NCBI GenBank assembly: GCA_025359845.1
Contig: JANYDT010000185.1
Span: forward strand, 7,935-71,934
Source: Acidimicrobiia bacterium
GTDB taxonomy: Bacteria > Actinomycetota > Acidimicrobiia > Acidimicrobiales > JANYDT01
Direction: 5' to 3'
Length of the DNA: 64,000 bases
In this document: one piece after another, positions 43,423-51,656 of the stretch
How the letters are laid out: every line of letters starts with the position of its first letter
Numbering within the stretch: position 1 is the stretch's first letter
Program-made: the position numbers and the translations under genes
The notes under the pieces: generated by a model
Database searches by the model: none
What the model saw: the letters and a program-made list of their open reading frames with translations, nothing else
What the model was told of the DNA's origin: nothing

Positions 43423-43498
43423 GGGGGTGTAGCTCAGTTGGCAGAGCGCGACGTTCGCAATGTCGAGGCCGTGGGTTCGATTCCCATCACCTCCACCA
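43423..43498 (+). tRNA. tRNA-Ala (anticodon CGC), CCA encoded
   Basis: GGGGGTG acceptor with G3:U70 pair, D arm GCTCAGTTGGCAGAGC, anticodon loop TTCGCAA, T arm GTGGGTTCGATTCCCAT, 3' ACCA. Confidence 0.95.
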
Positions 43499-43512
43499 AA
43501 CATGCATAACGC

Positions 43513-43550
43513 GAACCCCAGTCCTGCGAAGGTCTGGGGTTCTTTGCGTT
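43513..43550 (+). terminator. intrinsic terminator after tRNA-Ala
   Basis: 9-bp stem GAACCCCAG / CTGGGGTTC followed by TTTGCGTT. Confidence 0.6.
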
Positions 43551-43570
43551 GTCCTCTGACTCGTCGTTCG

Positions 43571-43975
43571 CTACGGCCAGACCACTCGTTTGGCTGCTCT
43601 ACTGAGTGAGTGCGCAGCGTCGTGCGTCAATCTGCCAGGGATCACCCAGAACACGATGGCAAGAAGAAGCAGCACAATTCCCAACACCGAACCGACGGTC
43701 AGGAACCAGACGAGGTGGAATAGGAGCACGACTGGTCGAAATGTCCGCTGGGTTGGAGGTGGAGCCGCATGTGCGGCTGCGCGCTGAGCTGGCGTACCGA
43801 GGGTCTTGACATGAGAAATGCCGGTACCGGGGATGCTGGCCGTGCGTTGCACCCGCCCATCGGCTCGCTTCGTGACCCGGTAGCCTTTTACGCCAGCGGA
43901 GTAGCTCAGGCCGCTCTTCGAGACGGTCACTCGAAACGGACCCTTGCCGTAGGTCTTACGAAACCGGAGGCCCAC
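43571..43975 (-). CDS. DUF4236-like protein with C-terminal TM segment
   Basis: GLRFRKTYGKGPFRVTVSKSGLSYSAGVKGYRVTK...IPGTGISH matches the DUF4236 pattern as I remember it. GTG start with GGGAGGG upstream. Confidence 0.7.
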   Translation of the reverse strand: MGLRFRKTYGKGPFRVTVSKSGLSYSAGVKGYRVTKRADGRVQRTASIPGTGISHVKTLGTPAQRAAAHAAPPPTQRTFRPVVLLFHLVWFLTVGSVLGIVLLLLAIVFWVIPGRLTHDAAHSLSRAAKRVVWP

Positions 43976-44012
43976 AAACGCCCTCCCGCGTCACCGATGC
44001 GGCCGAGGGGGG

Positions 44013-44169
44013 GCTAGTGGCCGCCGACGTAGTGGCTACCCTTGCCGTGGCTGGTGTAACCGCCAACTCGAATACTGCCGGTTCGGCCTCGTGCCCCAGC
44101 GACGGTTGGTGTAACGAGCGATAGCGCGAAGAGCGCCACCACAAAACGCGCTACTAATTTCCGATGCAT
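44013..44169 (-). pseudogene. small secreted Gly/His-rich peptide gene, ATG out of frame by one G
   Basis: Frame 44013..44141 encodes (K)LVARFVVALFALSLVTPTVAGA|RGRTGSIRVGGYTSHGKGSHYVGGH. The only ATG (44169) is offset by one base at the run CCC 44160-44162. Below the 60-aa track cutoff. Confidence 0.35.
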
Positions 44170-44183
44170 CTAAGTCAATCCCG

Positions 44184-44432
44184 TTGTCGAACCAGCACCG
44201 TTTATGCTGGTGGCAACAGTCTGGCAGGGGAAACCCCGAGGCGTCAAGGAGAGGACGCCGGGCCGCCGCGTCTGGACAGTCAATTCAGGAGTACCTGCTC
44301 GGTCGCTTGCGGATTGAGGCGGAGACTCCGACCATTGATGAGCTGTTCAGTCGGGTCGAGCAACGTTTGGATGGCCAGGTCAGCCTCAAGGCCGCGGCGC
44401 AACTCGTCAGGGCCGAGCGCGACGCCAAGTGA
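44184..44432 (+). CDS. putative ribbon-helix-helix antitoxin (VapB/FitA-like)
   Basis: RGNPEASRRGRRAAASGQSIQEYLLGRL...PTIDELFSRV resembles the RHH antitoxins of the ...LPEDV...RRRAxAAGQSLQxY type. Its stop overlaps the vapC start (ATGA-type, 4 nt). The N-terminus looks atypical. Confidence 0.5.
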   Translation: MSNQHRLCWWQQSGRGNPEASRRGRRAAASGQSIQEYLLGRLRIEAETPTIDELFSRVEQRLDGQVSLKAAAQLVRAERDAK

Positions 44433-44821
44433 TCGTCGTCGATGCGAGTGTCCTAGCGACTGCCTTGAGCGATGACCGCGCCGACGGACTACGACCGCGT
44501 TCCCGGCTGGCCGGTGAGCGGCTAAGCGCGCCCGATCTGGTAGATATCGAGGTGACGTCCGTGTTCCGCCGACTGTGCGCCGCGAAACAGCTGGAGGCGG
44601 AGCGTGCGAATCAGGCCCTCGCCGACCTCGCCGCGATCCGACTCGATCGTGTGTCTCATCGATTGCTCATCGCACGCTGCTGGGAGCTTCGTCACAATCT
44701 CACGGTCTATGACGGGGCATACGTGGCACGGGCGGAGATTCTGGGCGCAACGCTCGTCACCGCTGACGCCAAGTTGGTCAGGGCCACCGGGCCGCAATGC
44801 ACCTTCGACGTGCTGGCCTGA
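44429..44821 (+). CDS. vapC: PIN-domain toxin VapC
   Basis: MIVVDASVL (Asp 1), DIEV (Glu), VYDGAYV (Asp), LVTADAKL (Asp); 130 aa. Confidence 0.85.
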   Translation: MIVVDASVLATALSDDRADGLRPRSRLAGERLSAPDLVDIEVTSVFRRLCAAKQLEAERANQALADLAAIRLDRVSHRLLIARCWELRHNLTVYDGAYVARAEILGATLVTADAKLVRATGPQCTFDVLA

Positions 44822-44846
44822 GCGAGCGCAATTTTCGAACGAATGG

Positions 44847-45141
44847 TCCGCCGCCACCTCGGGCGGTTCGTGCATGACCGCGTGGCGGCGACGTGAGCGA
44901 CGAAGCCGGCGCGCCCGACGGGCCGGTGTGGTGGAGCGCCGCGTTCGAACTCGAACGAGCGGATCCGCTCCAGGCGGCCGAGAAGGCCATCGCCGACGGC
45001 CTTCACGTACTTCGACACGCAAACCCACGGCGGCACCGTCCTCGAATTGGCCGACATCAGCGGTACCAATATCCGGTGGTTCGAGCGAATCTGCGCCGCG
45101 TCGCGGGACTGGGATGGCACCGACCAATCCGCCCGGTGTAG
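44847..45141 (+). pseudogene. decayed VOC/glyoxalase-family gene
   Basis: Pieces lie in different frames: MVRRHLGRFVHDRVAAT; PVWWSAAFELERADPLQAAEKAIADG; AFTYFDTQTHGGTVLELADISGTNIRWFERICAASRDWDGTD; PIRPV-stop. The last two junctions are compensating 1-nt shifts. Confidence 0.5.
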
Positions 45142-45152
45142 TCGCCCAAAGT

Positions 45153-45485
45153 TCAGACCTTGACGGTCATGGCCGAGCTGCCGCGTCCGCTGGCGTCGGA
45201 CACAGCAGGCCGGCGCCCCAGTTTTGTGAGTCCGTCCTTCGAACCGCCGATAAACATCGACACACTCTCAGCTTCGCCGCTGTGACCGTCATCTATCAGG
45301 AACGGCACGCTGTCGCCCACCGGCAAGTGGAGTCCTACTCGACGCTGCCGGTCCTCATTCATCGCGACGAATGAGCCCTCTGGGACACCTCGTTGCCCCA
45401 CGATCCCCCTACTGACTCGACATCCCAGACACCCACCTCGAACAACCATGGCGAACCACCAAGAATTGCTCCTTGACAAGATCAC
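45153..45485 (-). CDS. hypothetical protein
   Basis: ORF only; no motif recognised. GC3 is lower than in core genes. The true start may be the internal ATG (MNEDRQRR...). Confidence 0.3.
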   Translation of the reverse strand: MILSRSNSWWFAMVVRGGCLGCRVSRGIVGQRGVPEGSFVAMNEDRQRRVGLHLPVGDSVPFLIDDGHSGEAESVSMFIGGSKDGLTKLGRRPAVSDASGRGSSAMTVKV

Positions 45486-45639
45486 CTATATATCGGCCCA
45501 TTTCGGCTATTCGTGGGTCCTTCGAGGATACGCAAGTGGCGGCTGGTGGTCTGCCATGTGACTCGAATCGCTGCGCGATGGCCGAAGCGGACCTCACTGA
45601 GCGCGAATACCAGTGTCGCACGCGTGCTACGCTTCGAAC

Positions 45640-45894
45640 ATGGCCGAGACGATCACGCAGCGAGAGCTCCGCAACGACAGCGGCGAGATCATGCGCCGCC
45701 TCGACCAAGGCGAGGCCTTCGTTGTCACCCGCAACGGGGTGCCGGTCGGTGAGCTGATTCCGTTGCGGCGCCGTCGATTCGTCCCTCGCGACAGCGTCGT
45801 GGCCGCGTTCGCGCACGCGCCGGCCATCGACGCGGGCAGGTTCCGTGAGGACCTCGACCGGCACGTGACGCAGGACATCGAGCCACGTGTCTGA
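45640..45894 (+). CDS. Phd/YefM-family antitoxin
   Basis: ORF 45613..45894 trimmed to ATG 45640: MAETITQRELRNDSGEIMRRLDQGEAFVVTRNGVPVGELIP is the Phd/YefM N-terminal fold pattern. Overlaps the downstream PIN gene. Confidence 0.8.
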   Translation: MAETITQRELRNDSGEIMRRLDQGEAFVVTRNGVPVGELIPLRRRRFVPRDSVVAAFAHAPAIDAGRFREDLDRHVTQDIEPRV

Positions 45895-46297
45895 GCCACG
45901 ACACGCGCAAGGCATGCTCGACACGTCGGTGGTGATCGACCTCGACGAGCTCGATCCCGAGGGACTACCGGTGGAAATGGCAGTGAGCGCGATCACCATG
46001 GCCGAGTTGGCGGCCGGGCCACATGCAACGTCAGATCCTGACGAACGCGCTCGCCGCCAAGACCGCTTGCAACGAACAGAAGCGACCTTCGAGCCTTTCC
46101 CGTTCGACGCCGACGCGGCCCGTGCGTACGGTCGCATCTACGCCGCAGTGGTCGCTGCTGGCCGTAAGGCGCGTGGCGCCCGCGCTGTCGACTTGCTCAT
46201 CGCGGCCACCGCTAGCGCCGTTCGGCTTCCTCTCTACACGCGCAATCCGGACGACTTCAAAGCCCTCGACAACCTCGTCGAGGTTGTCGCTGTTTAA
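45887..46297 (+). CDS. vapC: PIN-domain toxin VapC
   Basis: MLDTSVVIDL (Asp), ITMAELAAG (Glu), AVDLLIAATA (Asp), LYTRNPDDF (Asp). Start is GTG 45887 or ATG 45914. Confidence 0.85.
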   Translation: MSEPRHAQGMLDTSVVIDLDELDPEGLPVEMAVSAITMAELAAGPHATSDPDERARRQDRLQRTEATFEPFPFDADAARAYGRIYAAVVAAGRKARGARAVDLLIAATASAVRLPLYTRNPDDFKALDNLVEVVAV

Positions 46298-46545
46298 CCG
46301 GTCACCACGCGGGGCGCGCATGCTGCACGACCCACTTGGAGATCTTCGGCCGCACCACGGAAGCCGACGGCCGCATGCGCTCGACCGTCGCCCGCTTTTC
46401 AACGCTCGGAGCTTCTACCGGTACTGCCACGGAGCCAGTCAACCGCTTCCGACGGCAAAAACTGTTCCAATTGAAGCCGCCAGAGCCGCGCCAGCCCTGT
46501 AGGTTCAGCACCCATGCCACCATCGCCTGCCCGGAAGCCGCCGAG

Positions 46546-47358
46546 ATGCGCCTGAAACCGTTCTCGAAGAAAGGACGCCCGTCCGCTGACCCGTCGATCC
46601 GTGTTGACAGCTTGGGCACCGTCGTTTCGAGCGCGTCGTTGGGCCGCGCTGTCGCGATGTTTCTGGGAGCGCCGCCTGAGTTGTCGAGCACCATCGGTGG
46701 AGCCCTTATGGGTGACGCGTCGTCCTTCTATGCCCCGCGCATCGAGCAGGCACTGTGGGAAGAGGTCGCCGAGATAACCGCTCACGATCCGGCTTTCGAT
46801 ATTCGCAGATTCGCTGACTCGACGACAACGGCGTTTCTCAAACTGCAACGATCGTTCGCAGCGCAAGATGCGGGAGCGGCCCGAGGTATCTTGGCCACGC
46901 CGTTGTGGGAACAGGCGCGGATGCAGATCGAGGAATACAGACGCAACGGTCGTCGCAACGTTCAAGAGCAGTTGCAAATCCAGCAGGTGCGGTTCCTCGG
47001 GGCGCACTCGCGCAACGACTACGACACGGTCGGCTTGAGGGTCTTCACGGCCACCATCGACTACGACGTCGATACCACCGGAGCGATCGTACGAGGAGAC
47101 AAGGTGCTCCATCCGGTCGCAGTTGATGTGTTGGCCGAACGTTCGTCGTCAGCAACCACTCGCCCGGACGGCGGCACGATGCACGAGCGGTGCCCCAACT
47201 GCGGCGCTGGCTTACAGCTCGAGTGGGACGGTAGTTGTCGATTTTGCAAAAGCGATGTGATGAGCGGTGCGTACGACTGGGTGATCTCGAAAATCATTCA
47301 GCTCCCTGATTCGGATCAAGCGCTCGCCAGTGCTCCCCCCGACATTTTGCGCAAATGA
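46546..47358 (+). CDS. Tim44-like domain protein with C-terminal zinc ribbon
   Basis: Tim44-like core (FDIRRFADSTTTAFLKLQRSFAAQD...VRFLGAHSRNDYDTVGLRVFTATIDY...) followed by CPNCGAGLQLEWDGSCRFCKSDV. Start is uncertain (46336, 46546 or 46708). Confidence 0.6.
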   Translation: MRLKPFSKKGRPSADPSIRVDSLGTVVSSASLGRAVAMFLGAPPELSSTIGGALMGDASSFYAPRIEQALWEEVAEITAHDPAFDIRRFADSTTTAFLKLQRSFAAQDAGAARGILATPLWEQARMQIEEYRRNGRRNVQEQLQIQQVRFLGAHSRNDYDTVGLRVFTATIDYDVDTTGAIVRGDKVLHPVAVDVLAERSSSATTRPDGGTMHERCPNCGAGLQLEWDGSCRFCKSDVMSGAYDWVISKIIQLPDSDQALASAPPDILRK

Positions 47359-47410
47359 TCACCGGACTCGCCGCCGCTATTGCCGAAGGTGATATCGCTG
47401 TCGCTGAGAA

Positions 47411-47659
47411 TCATTTGGAGTTAAGCCGCTCGAGCGACGCTTCGCCGTTGGCTCGGATTCGTGCGGTGTTCGGCCCAGGTGCCCAACACGTCGTCTTGGA
47501 CGGCTCGGCCGTAAGGGAACGTGAGCGGCCAAGGGTCGGGGCCGAGTCGCACCGTGGCCGCGAGATGTTCGGTGGCCGCCGACGGCGTCTGGCCCCCGGA
47601 GACGGACGCCACACCGGCCACCGTCGTCGGGACTCTGGATCGCACGCAGTCCATCGTGG
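47411..47659 (-). pseudogene. 3' fragment of a class I fructose-bisphosphate aldolase gene
   Basis: MDCVRSRVPTTVAGVASVSGGQTPSAATEHLAATVRLGPDPWPLTFPYGRAVQDDVL, then a frame change to ARIRANGEASLERL. Paralogous to 48837..49100. Confidence 0.7.
47431..47659. repeat. direct repeat copy 1 (fda 3' segment)
   Basis: Aligns by eye with 48837..49100 at roughly 85 percent identity, with a 35-bp deletion relative to copy 2. Confidence 0.75.
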
Positions 47660-47868
47660 ACCGTTATGCCGCCGGAGCATCCAGCTCCGCATGACCCCAA
47701 CCCCGGGCCGGGCGGATCACACCTATACCGCCCGGCACCGCCGGGAGTGCAGTGCGCGGTCGAGCGTGCCGGATCCCATTACGAGTGGGTGCGAGTCTCT
47801 GCGCGAACGATCATGAATTGCCACTACCGGGCGGGCGACCGATGACGGAAGCCGTCGCGAGAGGGTTA

Positions 47869-48267
47869 TCACCCGGGATGAGGGCCGAGAAGGTCCCAGC
47901 GGTTCCCCGCAAGGTCGAGGAACACGGCGAACCTTCCGTACCGTTCATCTCGCGGTTTCGTGACGAACTGAACGCCGTGATCGAGCATTCGCTGCATCAT
48001 CGAATCGAAGTCGTCAACACGCAGAAACAACCCGACTCGGCCTGCGAACTGACTCCCGATCGCATCAGTTTGTTGATCGCCATCGGCCCGTGCCAGCACC
48101 AAACCTTCACGAGCTCCGGGAGGCTTGACGACCACCCAGCGCTTCGGACGACCATCGTTGGTATTCGACGGCGAGTCCTCACTCAGCTCGAAGCCCAAGC
48201 CGTCGACGAAGAACCGGATCGCCTCGTCGTAGTCCTCCACGATGAGCGCCACGTGCTCGATGTGCAT
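47869..48267 (-). CDS. VOC-family (glyoxalase/bleomycin-resistance/dioxygenase) protein
   Basis: MHIEHVALIVEDYDEAIRFFVDGLGFEL...GLFLRVDDFDSMMQRMLDHGVQFV...GNRWDLL paired beta-alpha-beta-beta-beta modules. Confidence 0.8.
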   Translation of the reverse strand: MHIEHVALIVEDYDEAIRFFVDGLGFELSEDSPSNTNDGRPKRWVVVKPPGAREGLVLARADGDQQTDAIGSQFAGRVGLFLRVDDFDSMMQRMLDHGVQFVTKPRDERYGRFAVFLDLAGNRWDLLGPHPG

Positions 48268-48813
48268 GGGTCGGACCCTACGACGCGTCCGCGGATCGCA
48301 AGCTGCATCGAGTCGATTGGAAGGCGAGTTGGCCCACGATCGCTCGGTATCAACCCGGCGGAAGGCGACGGCGTGACCGCCCAGAACCGCCAGGACCGAT
48401 CGCTTCCCGATGCGCGGCTGCCGCCACAGATCGAGCCCCGTAACCAGGCTCGTCGCACAGGCTGAGCTGGCCGTTGCGTTACAGCCCTTCCCATCTCACC
48501 CCGGGATCGCCGTCTGGCCCGCCGGGCCAACGTTGGCCGCGGTCGCGATGCGCTGGCCGATCCCCCGAGCGCCCGCGTCGCCGCACTCCACATGAGTGTG
48601 CGGTCGTAGCGCGATCCCCGGCCAGTGATATCGAGTGGCCTCGATCGGCGATACGGGTCTCGCTCTGGCTTAGGGGCTGGAGTTCTCACGTCCCACGGTC
48701 CCAAGGAGCTGCTGAACGCCGGCTTGCGGGGTGCGCTTCCGCTAGCCGGAGTGACGGTGCTTTTCGCTGATCAGTGGCGGAGCGTGGACCCTCTTCGGGA
48801 GAAAGCGGGCGGC

Positions 48814-49818
48814 TCAAGCCACGGCCACGAGTCGCCCGAGCGACGCTTCGGCGTTGGCCCGGATTCGTGCGAGCAGAGCGGTACGAGCAGCGGCTGAGTC
48901 GGGGCGGTGTTCGGCCCAGTTGCGCAACACGTCGTTCTGGATGGCCCGGCCGTACGAGAACGTGAGCGGCCAAGGGTGGGGGCCGCGTCGCACCATGGTC
49001 GCGAGATGTTCGGTGGCCACGGACGGCGTCTGGCGCCCGGAGAGGAACGCCACGCCGGCCACCGTCGTCGGGACGCTGGATCTCAGGCAGTCCATCGTGG
49101 CGGCCGCGACCGCCTCGATGCTGGCCGGCGGAGCCGCCGAACCGGGCAGCACCATCGACGGCTTCAGCACCATCGCGCCCAGGTCGACTCCGGCCAAGTC
49201 CAACTGGGCGAACACCTCAGCCAAGACGTCTCCTGTCACGCCATGGCAGCGGTCCAAGTCGTGGATGCCGTCCCGGAGCACCTCGGGCTCGACGATCGGC
49301 ACCAGACCACTTTCCTGACAGAGAGCAGCGTAGCGAGCCAATGCGTGCGCGTTGGCGACAATCGCGTTCCGGCTCGGCCGCGCGTCGCCGATGGTGATCA
49401 CCGCCCGCCATTTCGCGAAGCGTGCGCCCAGCTTTCCGGTAGGCGTCGATTCGTTCCCGCAGACCATCCAAGCCTTCGGTCACCGTCTCGCCCGGCCGCC
49501 CCGCGAGCGGTTTGGCGCCGATGTCGACCTTGATTCCGGGAAGGATGCCCCGCTGCGTAAGAAGGTCCGGAAACGCTACGCCGGCGGGGGTCGCCTGACG
49601 GAACGTCTCGTCGAAGAGAATGACGCCGCTCACGTGCTCGGCCAGTCCATCGGTGTCAATCAGCAGCTCGCGGTACGCGTGACGGCCGCGTCGGTCGGAT
49701 CCATACCGAGGGCCCGAAAGCGGCTGTTGCAAGTGGCGATGCTCTCGTCGATGGCCAGTATGCCGGTGCCCGGGCGGACCATGGCGGCGGCAGTGGCACG
49801 GAGGTCGAAATCGGTCAT
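48814..49818 (-). pseudogene. fda: class I fructose-bisphosphate aldolase with two frameshifts
   Basis: Three ORF pieces give a complete FBA-I when joined: MTDFDLRATAAAMVRPGTGILAIDESIATCNSRFRALGMDPTDAA | (R)HAYRELLIDTDGLAEHVSGVILFDETF...PGIKVDIG...RERIDAYRKAG | ARFAKWRAVITIG...VPIVEPEVL...LKPSMV...PWPLTFSYGRAIQ. The shifts lie near 49682-49688 and 49424-49429. Confidence 0.8.
48837..49100. repeat. direct repeat copy 2 (fda 3' segment)
   Basis: See copy 1. Confidence 0.75.
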
Positions 49819-49856
49819 ACGGCCATCTTCGTATATCAAGGTGTCCTCGCCTCCCC

Positions 49857-50172
49857 CTACCGGGTGGCGAGTTCGGGGATGGCCGCTCCCCGACGGGCTC
49901 CGATCAAGGCCGCCAACTCCAGCAGGCGGTTGCTGTAGACCCACTCGTTGTCGTACCAGCCGAGGCCCTTGACCGGGGCGCCAATGGCCCTCGTGTCGAG
50001 GCCGAGAACAGACACGTAGGCCTGTCCGATGATGTCGGCGCTGACGATCGGGGCCCCGGTGACTACGAGGATTCCGGCGAATCGCGGATCGGTCGCGGCG
50101 GCCGCGAACGATTCGTTCACCTCGTCGCCTACGGCGCTCCTTAGGTAGCTCGGCGGCGTCGATCACACCCTC
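49857..50172 (-). pseudogene. gap: 5'-truncated glyceraldehyde-3-phosphate dehydrogenase remnant
   Basis: C-terminal GAPDH sequence DPRFAGILVVTGAPIVSADIIG...VKGLGWYDNEWVYSNRLLEL. The upstream GVIDAAELPKE piece is in another frame. Only about 100 codons remain. Confidence 0.7.
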
Positions 50173-50223
50173 CATTCGATTCGATGAGCGCGAGAACTAC
50201 CATCACCGCTCGAAGTTCCTTGT

Positions 50224-50904
50224 GTGAGGACTTACCGTGTGGAGGTTGCCGTGTCTGTTGATGTCGAGTTCTTCTGGGATCCCGTCTGCCCGTGGGCCTG
50301 GATCACCTCGCGCTGGGTAGCCGAAGTAACGCGACAGCGCGAGTTGAGCGTGGATTGGCGGTTCATCAGCCTTCGGCTGCTCAATGAGCATCGCGACTAC
50401 GCCACCGAATTTCCGCCGGGGTATCCCGAGGGCCACGGGACGGGCCTGAAGCTGCTGCGGGTAGCCGCGGCCATCCGTGAGGCCGAGGGTCCGGCCCGAA
50501 TGGATGCCCTATATACCCAGTTCGGTGGCGATCTCCACGTGCGAGGTCGCAGGGCCGAGATGGTCGACCACTACGCCGAGGGCTTCCCCGACTATCTCCG
50601 GTCCGTCGGAATCGAGGAGCAGTATTTGAGTGCCGCCAACGACGAGTCGCGCGACGAGTTTCTTCGATCTGAAAAAGAAGATGCATTGTCACGAACCGGA
50701 CGCGAGGTCGGCACGCCCATCATCTCGTTTCACCACGACGGTCTCACCCAGTCGTTCTTCGGACCCGTCATGAGTCAGGTGCCGCCCCGTGACCGGGCCT
50801 GCGCCCTGTGGGACGCAGTGTGGGAACTGGCCACCTACCCCGGTTTCGCCGAGATCAAGCGCTCCCTACGGGATAGGCCGCAGTTGGCCACCAGTCTCGA
50901 CTGA
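50224..50904 (+). CDS. DsbA-family thioredoxin-fold protein
   Basis: VEFFWDPVCPWAWITSRW (CPWAW active-site-like motif) and a DSBA-like layout. Start may be GTG 50254. Confidence 0.7.
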   Translation: MRTYRVEVAVSVDVEFFWDPVCPWAWITSRWVAEVTRQRELSVDWRFISLRLLNEHRDYATEFPPGYPEGHGTGLKLLRVAAAIREAEGPARMDALYTQFGGDLHVRGRRAEMVDHYAEGFPDYLRSVGIEEQYLSAANDESRDEFLRSEKEDALSRTGREVGTPIISFHHDGLTQSFFGPVMSQVPPRDRACALWDAVWELATYPGFAEIKRSLRDRPQLATSLD

Positions 50905-50939
50905 GTGTTGGCGGCCCGCTACAAGCGGCGGGCCGCCAA
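50905..50939. terminator. bidirectional hairpin between convergent genes
   Basis: Perfect 15-bp stem GTGTTGGCGGCCCGC-tacaa-GCGGGCCGCCAACAC, starting 1 nt after the DsbA-like stop. The right arm encodes the last 7 codons of the ABC ATPase. Confidence 0.55.
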
Positions 50940-51656
50940 CACCCGCTGCAGGAAGGCCTGAGTCCTGGGCTGCGCAGGGGCCGTGAACATCTGTTCGGGC
51001 GGGCCCTCCTCCACCACCAGCCCGCCATCCAGAAAACACACGCGGTTGGCGATCTCTCTGGCGAAGCCCATCTCATGGGTAGCCAGCAACATGGTCATGC
51101 CTGCCACCGCCAGTTCACGGATCACCTCCAGCACGTCACCGACGAGTTCGGGGTCAAGCGCGGACGTGACCTCGTCGAACAACATAACCGCAGGGGCCAT
51201 GGCCAGCGCCCGGACGATGGCCACTCGTTGCTGCTGCCCCCCTGACAGTCGATCGGGATAATCGTCGGCCTTGTCGCTCAGCCCGAACCTATCGAGAAGT
51301 TCGGACGCCGCCTTCTCCGCCTCCGCCCGGCCCCGACCCAGCACCCGCCGAGGGGCGAGTGTGACGTTGTCGAGGACGCACAGGTGGGGAAACAGATTGA
51401 ACGACTGGAACACGATCCCGACTCGGCGCCGGGCCCTGTCGAGATCGGCGCCCGGTTGCGAGAGGTCAATCCCATCGACGACGACCTGACCTCCGTCGAC
51501 CCGCTCCAACCCGTTGATGCATTTTAGGATCGTCGACTTTCCTGAACCCGACGGTCCGATCAAAGCGACCACCTCATGGGTGTCGACCCGCAGATCGATG
51601 CCTCGGAGAACGGCGTTGGTGCCGAACGCCTTGGTGACGCCGCGTAGCTCGATCAT
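50919..51656 (-). CDS. amino-acid ABC transporter ATP-binding protein
   Basis: ORF 50919..52061 trimmed to ATG 51656 ([12 protein letters not shown]...). [24 protein letters not shown]-type signature, [15 protein letters not shown] overlap with the permease stop. Confidence 0.92.
   Translation of the reverse strand: MIELRGVTKAFGTNAVLRGIDLRVDTHEVVALIGPSGSGKSTILKCINGLERVDGGQVVVDGIDLSQPGADLDRARRRVGIVFQSFNLFPHLCVLDNVTLAPRRVLGRGRAEAEKAASELLDRFGLSDKADDYPDRLSGGQQQRVAIVRALAMAPAVMLFDEVTSALDPELVGDVLEVIRELAVAGMTMLLATHEMGFAREIANRVCFLDGGLVVEEGPPEQMFTAPAQPRTQAFLQRVLAARRL

Larger units (their letters stand above)
43499..50207. other. putative tRNA-Ala-associated genomic island (no integrase)
   Basis: Begins at the tRNA 3' end. 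Contains TA modules, pseudogenes and low-coding-quality DNA. At the far edge two 8-mers of the tRNA 3' end (TTCGATTC at 50175, CCATCACC at 50200) recur in the same order. Confidence 0.4.

Noticed and set aside
44522-45374. 201-aa minus and 256-aa plus ORFs
   Set aside because: They are Arg-rich shadow ORFs over the decayed VOC pseudogene region, with no motif support.
46302-46694. 130-aa minus-strand ORF overlapping the 5' part of the Tim44-like ORF
   Set aside because: No motif was recognised, and a small GC3 count did not favour this frame. It is kept only as a reason for uncertainty about the Tim44-like start.
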